In this document: positions 9,686 to 19,965 of the stretch, piece after piece
Layout: each line of letters starts with the position of its first letter
Position numbering within the stretch: position 1 is the first letter of the stretch
NCBI GenBank assembly: GCA_016870455.1
Contig: VGBN01000001.1
Coordinates: forward strand, 5,344-69,343
DNA length: 64,000 nt
DNA from: Actinomycetota bacterium
Lineage (GTDB): Bacteria; Actinomycetota; Actinomycetes; Nanopelagicales; Nanopelagicaceae
Direction of reading: 5' to 3'
Made by a program: the position numbers and the translations under genes
The notes under the pieces: generated by a model
Seen by the model: the letters and a program-made list of their open reading frames with translations, nothing else
What the model was told of the DNA's origin: nothing
The model's database searches: none

Positions 9686-10675
9686 ATGGCAGGAGGAAAG
9701 ATGAATAATTTGAGCGCACCTGCCGTATCTGTGATCTTGCCAATTCTCAATGAAGAGCAGGATTTAGAAAACTGCATCTCAGCAATCCTTCAGCAAAATT
9801 ACCCAGGTCAAATTGAAATAATTTTGGCACTTGGACCATCCAAAGATAAAACTAATCAAATTGCATCAGATTTAGCAGCAAAGAATCCAAAAATTAAATT
9901 AGTGGACAATCCATCTGGACAAACTGCGGTTGGTCTAAATTTGGCCATCCAAAAAAGTTCTTTTGCAATCATTTGCAGAATTGATGGCCACTCTGAAATT
10001 TCACCGACCTATTTACAAACAGCTGTTGAGGTTATGCTAAAAACAGGAGCAGTAAATGTTGGCGGAATTATGTATGCCGAGGGAAAAAGTGGTTTACAAA
10101 GAACTATTGCTCAAGCGATGCGGTCAAAAATTGGGGTTGGACCGTCAAAGTTTCACACCGGAGGCAATGCCGGGCAAGCAGATACGGTTTACCTTGGCAC
10201 CTTTAAAAAATCTGCCATATTGGCAGCTGGTGGATTTGATGAGCGATATAGAAGAGCGCAAGATTGGGAGCTTAACCACCGAATGCGTGCTCAGGGTGGG
10301 GTAATTTGGTTTGAGCCAAGGCTTAAGGTGACTTATCGGCCAAGAAAAACACTTACTAAATTAGCCAAGCAATATTTTCAATACGGCAGATGGCGCAGAG
10401 TTATCGCCAGGCAGCATCCCAAAACTACAAATTATCGCTACTTAGCACCACCGATTGCTGTCGTCGTAAACATAATTTCATTAACCTTGGGTTTGTTTGT
10501 AGATACAGTATTTCTAATTCCATTTCTATCCTACTTACTTCTAATTTTTATTAGTGGTTTAATAATCGGTAGAGAATTTTTAGATAAGTTGCTGATGCCA
10601 CTAGTTTTAGCCACGATGCATATTTCATGGGGAGTAGGGTTTATAACCTCTCCAAAAAAACTTTTTAAAGCTTAG
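9686..10675 (+). CDS. Glycosyltransferase family 2 (ExoA-like)
   Basis: VSVILPILNE, RIDGH, GGFDE, QDWELN, QYFQYGRWR; C-terminal TM helices. Confidence 0.9.
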   Translation: MAGGKMNNLSAPAVSVILPILNEEQDLENCISAILQQNYPGQIEIILALGPSKDKTNQIASDLAAKNPKIKLVDNPSGQTAVGLNLAIQKSSFAIICRIDGHSEISPTYLQTAVEVMLKTGAVNVGGIMYAEGKSGLQRTIAQAMRSKIGVGPSKFHTGGNAGQADTVYLGTFKKSAILAAGGFDERYRRAQDWELNHRMRAQGGVIWFEPRLKVTYRPRKTLTKLAKQYFQYGRWRRVIARQHPKTTNYRYLAPPIAVVVNIISLTLGLFVDTVFLIPFLSYLLLIFISGLIIGREFLDKLLMPLVLATMHISWGVGFITSPKKLFKA

Positions 10676-11604
10676 TTGTTATGAAGGGCGGCGTTAAGTC
10701 CTGTCCACTTACCAGTTTTAGCCACTGCTTCCAAAACACCAGTTTGTGAATTACGTCTGAAGAGTAAATTATTAGATCCACTTAACTCTTTGGCCTTAAC
10801 GACCTTTGCATCAGGAAGGGTTATTTTTGAGCCAGCTGTGATGTAGACACCAGCCTCAACTACACAATCATCACCAAGGCTGATTCCAATACCTGAGTTA
10901 GCCCCAAGTAAGGTTTTTTGTCCGATAGAGATAACCTCACTTCCACCACCACTTAAAGTTCCCATGATTGAAGCACCACCACCGATATCACTGCCATCAC
11001 CAACTACCACACCAGCACTGATTCGTCCCTCCACCATAGATTTACCCAAAGTACCCGCATTGAAATTAACAAAACCTTCGTGCATAACTGTGGTGCCAGG
11101 TGAGAGATAAGCTCCTAATCGCACACGATCACCATCTGCAATTCTGACTCCCGTTGGAATTACATAATCAACCATTCTTGGAAACTTATCGACCCCATAA
11201 ACAACTAGATTTCCATACTTACTTTGTAATTGTGGCCTTACTCTTTCAAAACCTTCTACCTCACATGCGCCAACTGAGGTCCAAACTACATTAGCTAACA
11301 GTCCAAATATCCCATCAAGATTTACCGTATTTGGCCTTACAAGTCGGTGCGAAAGTAAATGTAGTCTCAGATAAACATCAGAGGCATCTGTGGGTTTTTC
11401 ATCAAGATTAATTACAATCTCAACTGGAACTTTTTTTACTTTGCGGATTAAGTCCTCACCAAGTAACGCATCAAATTGAGTGCTGCTTTTAACCTTCGGA
11501 GCATCTCCTAAACCAAGTTCATAAAAAGAGCATTCAAGTATTTGTCCAGATTGGGTTTGGGTTGCTACTCCAAATCCATATCCCGTACTTTTTTTACTGC
11601 TCAT
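10672..11604 (-). CDS. dapD: Tetrahydrodipicolinate N-succinyltransferase (actinobacterial type)
   Basis: YLRLHLLSHRL, VDKFPRMVDYV, TTVMHEGFVNFNAGT, hexapeptide repeats. Confidence 0.95.
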   Translation of the reverse strand: MSSKKSTGYGFGVATQTQSGQILECSFYELGLGDAPKVKSSTQFDALLGEDLIRKVKKVPVEIVINLDEKPTDASDVYLRLHLLSHRLVRPNTVNLDGIFGLLANVVWTSVGACEVEGFERVRPQLQSKYGNLVVYGVDKFPRMVDYVIPTGVRIADGDRVRLGAYLSPGTTVMHEGFVNFNAGTLGKSMVEGRISAGVVVGDGSDIGGGASIMGTLSGGGSEVISIGQKTLLGANSGIGISLGDDCVVEAGVYITAGSKITLPDAKVVKAKELSGSNNLLFRRNSQTGVLEAVAKTGKWTGLNAALHNN

Positions 11605-11648
11605 AAGCCAACGGTATCAAAGTGCGTGATAGGCAATAGACTTAATTC

Positions 11649-12179
11649 ATGCGCGTATCAGTTTTCTGCTCCTCTGCTCCTGATATCCCGCAAGAAGCAC
11701 TTAAATTGGCGTTTGAAATTGGCAAAGCAATTGGTGAGCAGGGTTGGGATCTAGTTTGGGGTGGGGGTAAAGCTTCAATGATGGGTCAGGTAGCCAAAGG
11801 AGCCAGAGAAGCGGGTGCGTTAACTATTGGTGTGATTCCAGAGCCACTAAAACGAATCGAGTTTGAAGATACTCAAGCCACACAAATGCATGTTGTTGAG
11901 GATATGAGAAGGAGAAAAGCAAAAATAGAGGATTTATCTGAAGCATTTATTATTTTGCCTGGTGGAATTGGCACGCTGGAGGAGTTTTTTGAAATTTGGG
12001 TAGGACGGTATTTAAAGTTTCACAACAAACCAATTGCAGTTTGTGATCCATCTGGAGTTTATGCACCATTAAGAGTTGCCTTAGATCATTTGGCAATTCA
12101 AAATTTCATGAAGTCAGGTCAGAAAGAGCTAGTAAGTTGGTGTACTGATATCTCCTCCACAATTGAAGCGGTCAAATAA
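11649..12179 (+). CDS. LOG family nucleotide 5'-monophosphate phosphoribohydrolase (TIGR00730)
   Basis: VFCSS, VWGGG..MMG, PGGIGTLEE motif. Confidence 0.9.
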   Translation: MRVSVFCSSAPDIPQEALKLAFEIGKAIGEQGWDLVWGGGKASMMGQVAKGAREAGALTIGVIPEPLKRIEFEDTQATQMHVVEDMRRRKAKIEDLSEAFIILPGGIGTLEEFFEIWVGRYLKFHNKPIAVCDPSGVYAPLRVALDHLAIQNFMKSGQKELVSWCTDISSTIEAVK

Positions 12180-12181
12180 TC

Positions 12182-12643
12182 GTGAATAATTTATCCACCC
12201 TTAAGTTAACTGTGCAGGTAAATAAGCCAATTGATCAGGTCTGGAAAGCTTTAGTTGATTGGAAAGGTCAGAGTAAATGGATGTTGCAAACAAAGGTTTG
12301 GTCTGAGATCGACCAAGACCGTACAGTTAAAAACGGCAAAGGAGTACTGATCTTTGCCTTTACTGGTCTTTTTCCAAATCTTTATCCCAAGTTGAAAATC
12401 GGGGTATTAGATACGATGGAGATTACTAAGTGGAAACCACCACAGATTTGCGAAGTTAGACATATTGGCCGAGTAATCAGAGGTAGTGGAAAGTTTGAAC
12501 TCAAAAAAGTTAGGGGCGGCACAATCTTTTATTGGCAAGAAGAAATCATCGCGCCGAGTTTTGTTTTACTTTTCGTAAAACCTGCATTACTAATCGGAGT
12601 TAGGCTCTCATTGCGCCGATTTGCTCGCCAAGTTTGCGCATAA
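12182..12643 (+). CDS. SRPBCC family protein
   Basis: VW..LVDW..QSKWM, DTMEITKWKPP..CEVRHIGRVIRGSG pattern. Confidence 0.8.
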   Translation: MNNLSTLKLTVQVNKPIDQVWKALVDWKGQSKWMLQTKVWSEIDQDRTVKNGKGVLIFAFTGLFPNLYPKLKIGVLDTMEITKWKPPQICEVRHIGRVIRGSGKFELKKVRGGTIFYWQEEIIAPSFVLLFVKPALLIGVRLSLRRFARQVCA

Positions 12644-12680
12644 CTCGAAAGTATCGGCCTCGCCCAGTAACCTTTATGCC

Positions 12681-12878
12681 ATGGCACCTGATGACAGCCG
12701 AAAGACAATTGCTGAATTAATTGCCACTTTGCCTGAAGAAGAGCGTTTGATTTTGACTTTGCACTTAGTAAATATGGTCAGCATCACTGAGATAGCGGAA
12801 AAATTAGGTGTACCTGAGCGAGCGGTGGTATCTGTAATCACTTCGGGAAGAGCCCGCTTAATTGGCTTGATTTCATAA
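12681..12878 (+). CDS. Stand-alone sigma-70 region-4 HTH protein (65 aa)
   Basis: LPEEERLILTL...SITEIAEKLG...V....SGRARL matches the region-4 pattern; TAACCT -10 lies 7 nt before ATG 12681. Confidence 0.75.
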   Translation: MAPDDSRKTIAELIATLPEEERLILTLHLVNMVSITEIAEKLGVPERAVVSVITSGRARLIGLIS

Positions 12879-12969
12879 GGGTATTTAGAGGATTTCCCAC
12901 CCGTAGCCAGATAGGGGATAATTACGCCTCTAGGTCAGCACTAGGTGATTTTTGTTAAGGGAGATTCAA

Positions 12970-13149
12970 ATGGCAGCGATGAAACCAAGAACTGGTGATG
13001 GCCCGATGGAGGTCACCAAAGAGGCTCGCTCAATGGTTATGAGAATTCCTCTTGAGGGTGGCGGAAGATTGGTTGTCGAGTTAAATGTCGAAGAGGCAAC
13101 AAACTTAGGAAATGTCCTACAAGCTGCTGTTGCATTAGTTAAAAAGTAA
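12970..13149 (+). CDS. DUF3117 family protein
   Basis: MAAMKPRTGDGPMEVTKE..MRIPLEGGGRLVVEL signature; AGGGAG RBS. Confidence 0.93.
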   Translation: MAAMKPRTGDGPMEVTKEARSMVMRIPLEGGGRLVVELNVEEATNLGNVLQAAVALVKK

Positions 13150-13176
13150 TCAACAAATTCAATTACCATTTAGTTT

Positions 13177-14670
13177 ATGAGTAATAAACTCTTGGATCTA
13201 ACACCTAAATTATCATTCCTAACCGAGTTAGAGTTAGATTTTTCAGAGTTTAATGCGGTTGCAGTTGCGATACTGTCGGGCGAAAAACCTCAAATTGTAA
13301 AAAGCAGATTCATAACATCTTTAACCTCCTATACAAAGTTAGATTTAAATATTGAGCTAACCAATTGGCCTGAGTTCACTGCAAAAGCTGGTGAAATTAT
13401 TGAGGTGCCACTATCTGCTGGGAATCTAACCCGAATCTACTTAGTAGGAGTAGGTGAGCAAAATAACGAAGATCTTCGAAAGGCTGCCGCTGCCATAGGT
13501 AGAAGGGTAAAATCTAGTAACACACAATTACTTTGTTCAATATCAGAGGATAAGAGTTTCATAACCACAATTGCTACAGCATTAATACTCTCTAATTATC
13601 AATATTTACTTAAGAGTGAACCAAAAGATAAAAAGCCATCTTTTACGATTTTCGGTGAGTTTGAGGCAGAGGTTGAGCGGGCAGAGATTTTGGCAAAGGC
13701 TGTTTGGCAAGCAAGAGATTTGATTCATACCCCTTCGAATATTAAAAACCCAGAGTGGCTTGCAAAGCAGGCGACCAATCTAGTTTCATCTGCAAAAAAC
13801 TCCGCTTTATCAATCGCTATTAAATCTGGTCGAGCTATCAAAGATTTTGGCGGATTAGTGGCAGTTGGAAACTCATCTCCTAAACCAGGGCCAAGATTTA
13901 TTGAGGTTACTTATGCGCCAAAAGGATCTGCACATTGGCCACATGTTGTGCTGGTTGGCAAAGGAATAACTTTTGATACCGGCGGCGTATCTTTGAAGCG
14001 CCCATATGACGTAATGATCGGAATGAAAAGTGATATGGCAGGTGCTGCTGCGGTATTAACTGCAACTGTTGCATTGGCTAAGACAAGACCAAAGGTAAAG
14101 GTCACTGCATTATTAATGGCCGCTGAAAATGCACTTTCGGGAACTGCACAACGCCCATCTGATGTTATTAAGCATTATGGTGGCACAACTGTTGAGGTGA
14201 TTAATACCGATGCTGAGGGCCGTTTAGTTTTAGCTGATGGACTTGCATATGCTGATTTAGAGTTAGATCCAGATTATCTGCTTGATGTTGCAACACTTAC
14301 TGGGGCAGCGACGTTAGGTCTAGGTCGCCAATACGCTGCGATGTATACCCGTAATACCACCCTGGCAAAAAAATTAAGCGAAATTGGGGAGCGAGTAGGC
14401 GAAAAGGTTTGGCATATGCCATTAGTTGATGATTATTCAGTGGCGCTAGCAAGTGATGTTGCAGATTTTAACCACACCGCAGATAAATTTAATTTTTCAG
14501 CAGGCTCTGTCACCGCCGCATTGTTCTTAGAAAAATTTGCCGGAAAAAGATCTTGGGTGCACTTAGATATAGCTGGTACTGGCAGATCTGAGGTGGATGC
14601 TGGTGAAAATATCAAGGGTGGTACTGGATTTGCGGTGCGGCTATTGATTGAGTGGTTGGATACATTTTGA
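13177..14670 (+). CDS. pepA: Leucyl aminopeptidase (M17)
   Basis: VGKGITFDTGG, MKSDMAG, NTDAEGRL, WVHLDIAG. Confidence 0.93.
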   Translation: MSNKLLDLTPKLSFLTELELDFSEFNAVAVAILSGEKPQIVKSRFITSLTSYTKLDLNIELTNWPEFTAKAGEIIEVPLSAGNLTRIYLVGVGEQNNEDLRKAAAAIGRRVKSSNTQLLCSISEDKSFITTIATALILSNYQYLLKSEPKDKKPSFTIFGEFEAEVERAEILAKAVWQARDLIHTPSNIKNPEWLAKQATNLVSSAKNSALSIAIKSGRAIKDFGGLVAVGNSSPKPGPRFIEVTYAPKGSAHWPHVVLVGKGITFDTGGVSLKRPYDVMIGMKSDMAGAAAVLTATVALAKTRPKVKVTALLMAAENALSGTAQRPSDVIKHYGGTTVEVINTDAEGRLVLADGLAYADLELDPDYLLDVATLTGAATLGLGRQYAAMYTRNTTLAKKLSEIGERVGEKVWHMPLVDDYSVALASDVADFNHTADKFNFSAGSVTAALFLEKFAGKRSWVHLDIAGTGRSEVDAGENIKGGTGFAVRLLIEWLDTF

Positions 14671-14696
14671 ACCAATCAATTTCAAACCGTGGCGAT

Positions 14697-15308
14697 ATGA
14701 ATCTTTATGCCGAAAGTTTTGCCAACGAGGATTACTTTATGCAACAAGCCAGAAGAAATGGACAGGAGATCGGCACCTCAGATCCCACACCAGCTGTTGG
14801 AAATTTCTTAAGGTTTTCAGCGAATCTCATTGGTGCTAAATCAGTTGTAGAGATTGGAACCGGCTCTGGCGTAGGTGGATTATGGTTACTTAGCGGAATG
14901 AGCTCTGAGTCAGTTCTTACCACAATTGACTCAGAGCGTGAGCACTCCAAAATAGCTAAGAGCATTTTTGATGAGGCAGATATTGCACCTACTAGATATC
15001 GCATCATTACAGGGAAGTTAATTGAAGTAATAGGCAAGTTAGCCGATAACTCATATGACTTAGTGGTGATTAGACCAGCCCTTGATTTGTTTGACATGGT
15101 GCAAGAGTCTTATCGGTTGTTAAAGCCAAAAGGTCTTCTTGTGATTGATCAGGCATTAAGTGGCGGAAAGGTTGCCGATCCAACTCAACGAGATCCTGAG
15201 AGTATTGCTAGAAGAGATGCAGTAAAGGTTGTTAAAGAGGATGAAAGATGGGCAGCATCACTCATTCCTGTTGGCGCAGGTGTATTGGTTGCTAATAAAC
15301 TTGGTTAA
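14697..15308 (+). CDS. O-methyltransferase (Rv1220c-like)
   Basis: VVEIGTGSGVGG SAM-binding motif, LTTIDSE, VADPTQRD; start uncertain. Confidence 0.85.
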   Translation: MNLYAESFANEDYFMQQARRNGQEIGTSDPTPAVGNFLRFSANLIGAKSVVEIGTGSGVGGLWLLSGMSSESVLTTIDSEREHSKIAKSIFDEADIAPTRYRIITGKLIEVIGKLADNSYDLVVIRPALDLFDMVQESYRLLKPKGLLVIDQALSGGKVADPTQRDPESIARRDAVKVVKEDERWAASLIPVGAGVLVANKLG

Positions 15309-16433
15309 ATGAGGCATCCATCTGATACTCCTTGGTGGCAAGCAAGTACAGAAAGCAAGCCTGTCCGAATTGTTTCAAGTAGGAGTAATTCAAATTTTTT
15401 TGTGATTGCTGTGGTGATTGCATTAATTGCAGGTGGCTTTGGCGCTGCCATTGGTCGAGGAAGTGCAACCAACATCGGCGCTAATTTAGTGCAAACCACT
15501 AGCTCAATTGAGCGGGCACCGGATTCGATTGCAGCACTCGCTGCTCGAGTAATTCCTGCCGTGGTATCAATCTCGGTAAAGGGTGCAGGTGGTTCAGGTA
15601 CAGGCTCTGGTTTTTTTCTAGATAGTGATGGATTTGTTTTAACCAATAACCATGTTGTGGAGTCAGCGGCAAGAAGTGGGAGTATCACAGTTGAGTTATC
15701 TGACGGTAAGAAGTATCGCGCAAAGCTGATTGGGAGAGATGGTCCCTACGATTTAGCAGTTCTTAAAATTGATGTAGTTGGTGCACCAACTTTACAGCTA
15801 GGAAATAGTGATGAGGTACTGGTCGGGGATGCAGTAATTGCAATTGGTTCACCTCTTGGGTTATCTGGCACAGTTACCTCAGGAATTATTAGCTCAAAAA
15901 ATCGTGCTGTGACTACCGGTGGTGGAAGCGGTGAAAGTTCATTTATCAACGCACTTCAAACAGATGCGGCCATCAATCCCGGCAACTCCGGTGGTCCATT
16001 GGTCGATGCAACTGGTGCTGTGATTGGCGTTAACTCAGCAATTGCAACTCTTGGGTTTAGTGCCCAAGCTGGATCAATTGGTTTAGGTTTTGCAATTCCA
16101 ATTAATCAAGCTAAAAAAACAAGTGAGCAATTAATTAAAACTGGTTCGGCCACCTATCCAATTATTGGAATCTCAGTAGATACAAGATTTACCGGAACTG
16201 GTGCATTAATTACCAGTGAAGGTGTTGGTATAACACCTGGTGGACCTGCAGCAAAGGCTGGGTTGAGAGCAGGTGATGTAATTATTGAGTTTGATGGTGC
16301 TGAGGTGGAAAATTCAGATGAGTTAATCGTAATGATTAGAAGTAAAAATATAGGAGATAAAGTAAAAATTAAGTATAAACGCGGAAATTTGAGTAAAGTG
16401 GTTACCGTAACTCTTGCTGCATCAAAGGAGTAG
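15309..16433 (+). CDS. htrA: HtrA/DegP serine protease with PDZ domain
   Basis: TM anchor, TNNHVV, DLAVLK, QTDAAINPGNSGGPL, C-terminal PDZ. Confidence 0.95.
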   Translation: MRHPSDTPWWQASTESKPVRIVSSRSNSNFFVIAVVIALIAGGFGAAIGRGSATNIGANLVQTTSSIERAPDSIAALAARVIPAVVSISVKGAGGSGTGSGFFLDSDGFVLTNNHVVESAARSGSITVELSDGKKYRAKLIGRDGPYDLAVLKIDVVGAPTLQLGNSDEVLVGDAVIAIGSPLGLSGTVTSGIISSKNRAVTTGGGSGESSFINALQTDAAINPGNSGGPLVDATGAVIGVNSAIATLGFSAQAGSIGLGFAIPINQAKKTSEQLIKTGSATYPIIGISVDTRFTGTGALITSEGVGITPGGPAAKAGLRAGDVIIEFDGAEVENSDELIVMIRSKNIGDKVKIKYKRGNLSKVVTVTLAASKE

Positions 16434-16438
16434 TTAAC

Positions 16439-16735
16439 ATGTTTAATATTGGTGGCGGTGAGGTTTTAGCGCTACTGGTTATTGGCATGATTTTAATTGG
16501 ACCTGATCGACTGCCAAATATGGCTGCCGATGCTGCCAAACTGTTAATTAGATTAAAAAATATGGCCCAAAATGTAACCAATGAGCTTAAAGAGAATCTA
16601 GGACCTGGCTATGAGGATTTGCAGGTAAAGGATCTGCACCCAAAAGCGTTAATTAAAAAGCATATTGGCGATGTCATTGATAAATCAGATTTAGAGGTTA
16701 AGCCAAAGCCAAAAATAGATCCTGAGATTTTATGA
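16439..16735 (+). CDS. tatB: Sec-independent translocase TatB
   Basis: MFNIGGGE..L....GPDRLP motif; htrA-tatB-mrp synteny. Confidence 0.9.
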   Translation: MFNIGGGEVLALLVIGMILIGPDRLPNMAADAAKLLIRLKNMAQNVTNELKENLGPGYEDLQVKDLHPKALIKKHIGDVIDKSDLEVKPKPKIDPEIL

Positions 16736-17847
16736 GTACGGTAGATCTAATTAACAAGGCGCTTGAGGGCGTAATTGATCCAGAGTTACATAAACCACTG
16801 CCTGAGCTAGGAATGGTGTCAGCGGTTAACTTTGCGCAAGGCAAGGCAAGTCTTGATATTTTGCTGACAATTGCTGGCTGTCCTATGAAGGATCGACTTA
16901 AATCAGATATTGCAAATGCTTTGAAAGATATTGCTGAGATTAAATCGATCGAGGTTAATTTTGGAGTGATGAGTGAAGAGCAGCGAAATAATGTAAAGAA
17001 AATCATCAGGGGCGGGCGTGAAAAATTTATTCCATTTGCCCAACCTGACTCTTTAACCCGAGTATTAGGAATCGCATCAGGTAAAGGTGGTGTAGGTAAA
17101 TCTTCGATCACCGTGAATTTAGCAGTTGCTGCAGCAGCCAGAGGTTTAAAGGTTGGGATTTTAGATGCAGATGTCTATGGCCACTCAATTCCGCGGCTGA
17201 TGGGGATTTTAGATAAACGACCAACCGCCATTGATCAGACCTTTATCCCAGTAGAAAATTATGGCGTCAAGGTTGTCTCAATGGAGATGTTTAAACCTGA
17301 ACGATCTGATCCAGTTGCTTATCGTGGCCCACTGCTTCATCGAGTTTTAGAACAATTGTTAAGTGATGCCTATTGGGGCGATCTAGATTTACTGCTCTTA
17401 GATTTACCACCTGGAACTGGAGATATTGCTATCTCACTTGGTCAATTAATTCCCGGTTCAGAGATTATTGTGGTAACAACACCACAGATTGCAGCTGCAG
17501 AGGTTGCCGAACGAGCTGGCAGAGTAGCTCATCAGATTAAACAACCAGTAATTGGTGTAATTGAAAATATGTCAGAGACAATCTCTCCTGTAACTGGTGA
17601 GAAAATTTCCATCTTTGGAAGTGGTGGAGGCGAGGAGACAGCAAGACGGCTTAGTGACCTAGTAGGCGCTCAGGTTCCTTTGTTGGCAAAAATCGCATTT
17701 GATACCAAGGTTCGCGAAGGTGGTGATGCTGGAAATCCAATAGTTTTAACCGATCAAAAAATAAAGGCAGCATTTGATGAAATTTTAGATCAAATTATTA
17801 TTCGACCTAAATCATTGGTGGGCGTAAGACTAAACGTTAATACTTAA
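16732..17847 (+). CDS. mrp: Mrp/NBP35 (ApbC) Fe-S carrier ATPase
   Basis: GKGGVGKS, DADVYG, DLPPGTGD, GVIENMS; N-terminal DUF59-like domain. Confidence 0.93.
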   Translation: MSTVDLINKALEGVIDPELHKPLPELGMVSAVNFAQGKASLDILLTIAGCPMKDRLKSDIANALKDIAEIKSIEVNFGVMSEEQRNNVKKIIRGGREKFIPFAQPDSLTRVLGIASGKGGVGKSSITVNLAVAAAARGLKVGILDADVYGHSIPRLMGILDKRPTAIDQTFIPVENYGVKVVSMEMFKPERSDPVAYRGPLLHRVLEQLLSDAYWGDLDLLLLDLPPGTGDIAISLGQLIPGSEIIVVTTPQIAAAEVAERAGRVAHQIKQPVIGVIENMSETISPVTGEKISIFGSGGGEETARRLSDLVGAQVPLLAKIAFDTKVREGGDAGNPIVLTDQKIKAAFDEILDQIIIRPKSLVGVRLNVNT

Positions 17848-18157
17848 GCTTTTTTGTTTAGCTTTTTAACTATCTCCCCAATTGCATCACTTATTTCTTT
17901 GCGAAGGAAATCTTTAGTAGTGACCTGACCTAGCGCAGTACGCAAAGTTGCTAACTCTCTAGTTAGATATTCAGTAACTGCCATATTTCGCTCATCTTGC
18001 TCCCGATCCTTATTTCCTTGAATGTGATCTCGGTCAGTTTGGCGATTTTGGGCTAACAAAATCAGTGGTGCTGCGTAGGAGGCTTGTAATGACAGCAGCA
18101 GTGTTAAGAAAATAAGAGGAATACTGGACTTAGATTTGTCCTAGTACTTGTATTCAT
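17844..18157 (-). pseudogene. 5'-truncated DUF1003 membrane protein remnant
   Basis: Frame carries LIFLTLLLSLQASYAAPLILLAQNRQ (DUF1003 core) but meets an upstream TAG without a start; promoter-proximal ATG 18157 is in another frame and stops after 17 codons. Confidence 0.7.
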
Positions 18158-18221
18158 AGCCTAAGGGTATCGGCTCGATATCGATTCATAAGAATAATTG
18201 ATTTATAGGTAGGTTTCACCC

Positions 18222-19127
18222 ATGAAGAATCAAGATCACACAAAACTGCCAACCGGCAGAGATATTCCATTTTTGATTCTCGGGGTGCTGGGTATTGGTT
18301 CCTCAGGGCCAATTATTGCCAAGGCCACAATGCCGATTCCCACAATGATTTTTTGGCGCAATCTAGTTGGTGCTTTGGTGATGATGCCATTTGCATTGGC
18401 AAGAGGTGAATGGCGAAGCAAAGCTCAGAAAAGTGCTATTGGTTGGTCGATCTTGGCCGGCGTATTGTTGGCCACCCACTTCATTTGTTTCTTTTGGGCG
18501 ATGAAATTAACCAGTGTGGCTACCGGAACTGCGTTAACAGCAACCCAACCAATTTTTGCAGCGATATTTATCAAGTTAGCTGGTGGGCATATACCAAAGA
18601 AATCGATTGGCGGAATGGTTATTGCATTTACCTCAGTAGTTGTCATTACTGGAATTGATTTTAATTTATCAATACAGGCATTTCAGGGTGATTTACTAGC
18701 TGTACTAGGTGGGGCAGTAGGTGCTGGTTACATGATAATTGGTGCTAATTCACAAAAAATTATATCTACCTCAACCTTCACTACAGTCTGCTATTCAACC
18801 TGTGCAGTTTTAATTTTCCCGGTTGCAATCCTGACTAATTCAAATTTAACCGGGTATGCAATCTCAGAATGGATTTTGCTGGCAGGATTGATAATTGGCG
18901 CACAGTTCTTAGGGCACACCTTGTTTAACTTTTCACTTAAGAGAGTATCACCTGCTGTTGTATCTTTAGTTGTATTTTTTGAGGTGCCAGTCAGCGCTTT
19001 ACTTGCCTACTTTTGGTTAGGACAACAACCTCCTGCCGGAACAATTCCTGGCATTATTGGCTTGTTATTTGGTTGTTCACTCTTTGTTTTACGATCAAGT
19101 CAACAAGAAAGTAAATCAAATGATTGA
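18222..19127 (+). CDS. EamA/DMT family transporter
   Basis: About 10 hydrophobic helices in two EamA-like repeats. Confidence 0.9.
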   Translation: MKNQDHTKLPTGRDIPFLILGVLGIGSSGPIIAKATMPIPTMIFWRNLVGALVMMPFALARGEWRSKAQKSAIGWSILAGVLLATHFICFFWAMKLTSVATGTALTATQPIFAAIFIKLAGGHIPKKSIGGMVIAFTSVVVITGIDFNLSIQAFQGDLLAVLGGAVGAGYMIIGANSQKIISTSTFTTVCYSTCAVLIFPVAILTNSNLTGYAISEWILLAGLIIGAQFLGHTLFNFSLKRVSPAVVSLVVFFEVPVSALLAYFWLGQQPPAGTIPGIIGLLFGCSLFVLRSSQQESKSND

Positions 19128-19965
19128 TTTGCACACCCATACAAATTTTAGTGATGGAACTGACTCACCATCTCAACTGATAAATAAGGCATTAGCTGCA
19201 GGAATTTCAGTTTTGGGACTTACTGACCATGACTCAATTAGTGGCTGGCCAGAGGCAATTGCTGCCTTACGACCTGGAATCTCACTGGTGCCTGGTGCTG
19301 AGATTTCATGCCAAACCTTAGATGGGATAAGTGTCCATATTCTTGGCTTGTTATTTGACCCTGAGAATGTTGAATTGATGAGCACGATGCAAGCGACTAG
19401 AGAAAACCGACATGGCCGCATGGCAAAAATAATTGCCCGGCTCAACGAGGCGGGCATTTATATAACAATGCAAGATGTTTTAGATCAATTAGCAGATGGT
19501 GCAACTTTAGGCCGTCCGCATTTAGCAGATGCATTGGTAAAGAAGGGAGTGATTGGAAGCAGGGATGAGGCATTTACTCAAATGCTGCACAATAAATCCA
19601 AATACTACGTCTCTCACTATTCACCACTACCTGAGGTGGCCGTAAAAATGATTAAGGCAGCAGGTGGGGTTTCTGTAATTGCCCACCCAATGGCTTCACA
19701 TCGTGGAAGAACTATCTCAATTGATACCTTCGGTTCATTGATTGAAGCTGGCTTAGATGGTGTTGAGATTGACCACCGAGATCACTCACCCGATGAAAAA
19801 TCTCAACTTATTGAATTAGCAAAGCAAAGTAATTTAGTAATGACTGGCGCTAGTGATTACCATGGAAATGGAAAACTAAATGTATTAGGGGAGTACACAA
19901 CTTTGCCAGAACAATGGGAGCGATTGGAAGCAAGAGCTACTAAAGGTAGAGTAATAGGAGGCTAA
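19120..19965 (+). CDS. PHP domain phosphoesterase (YciV/TrpH-like)
   Basis: DLHTHT..SDG, LTDHD, GRPHLA, AHP, GASDYHG. Confidence 0.92.
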   Translation: MIDLHTHTNFSDGTDSPSQLINKALAAGISVLGLTDHDSISGWPEAIAALRPGISLVPGAEISCQTLDGISVHILGLLFDPENVELMSTMQATRENRHGRMAKIIARLNEAGIYITMQDVLDQLADGATLGRPHLADALVKKGVIGSRDEAFTQMLHNKSKYYVSHYSPLPEVAVKMIKAAGGVSVIAHPMASHRGRTISIDTFGSLIEAGLDGVEIDHRDHSPDEKSQLIELAKQSNLVMTGASDYHGNGKLNVLGEYTTLPEQWERLEARATKGRVIGG

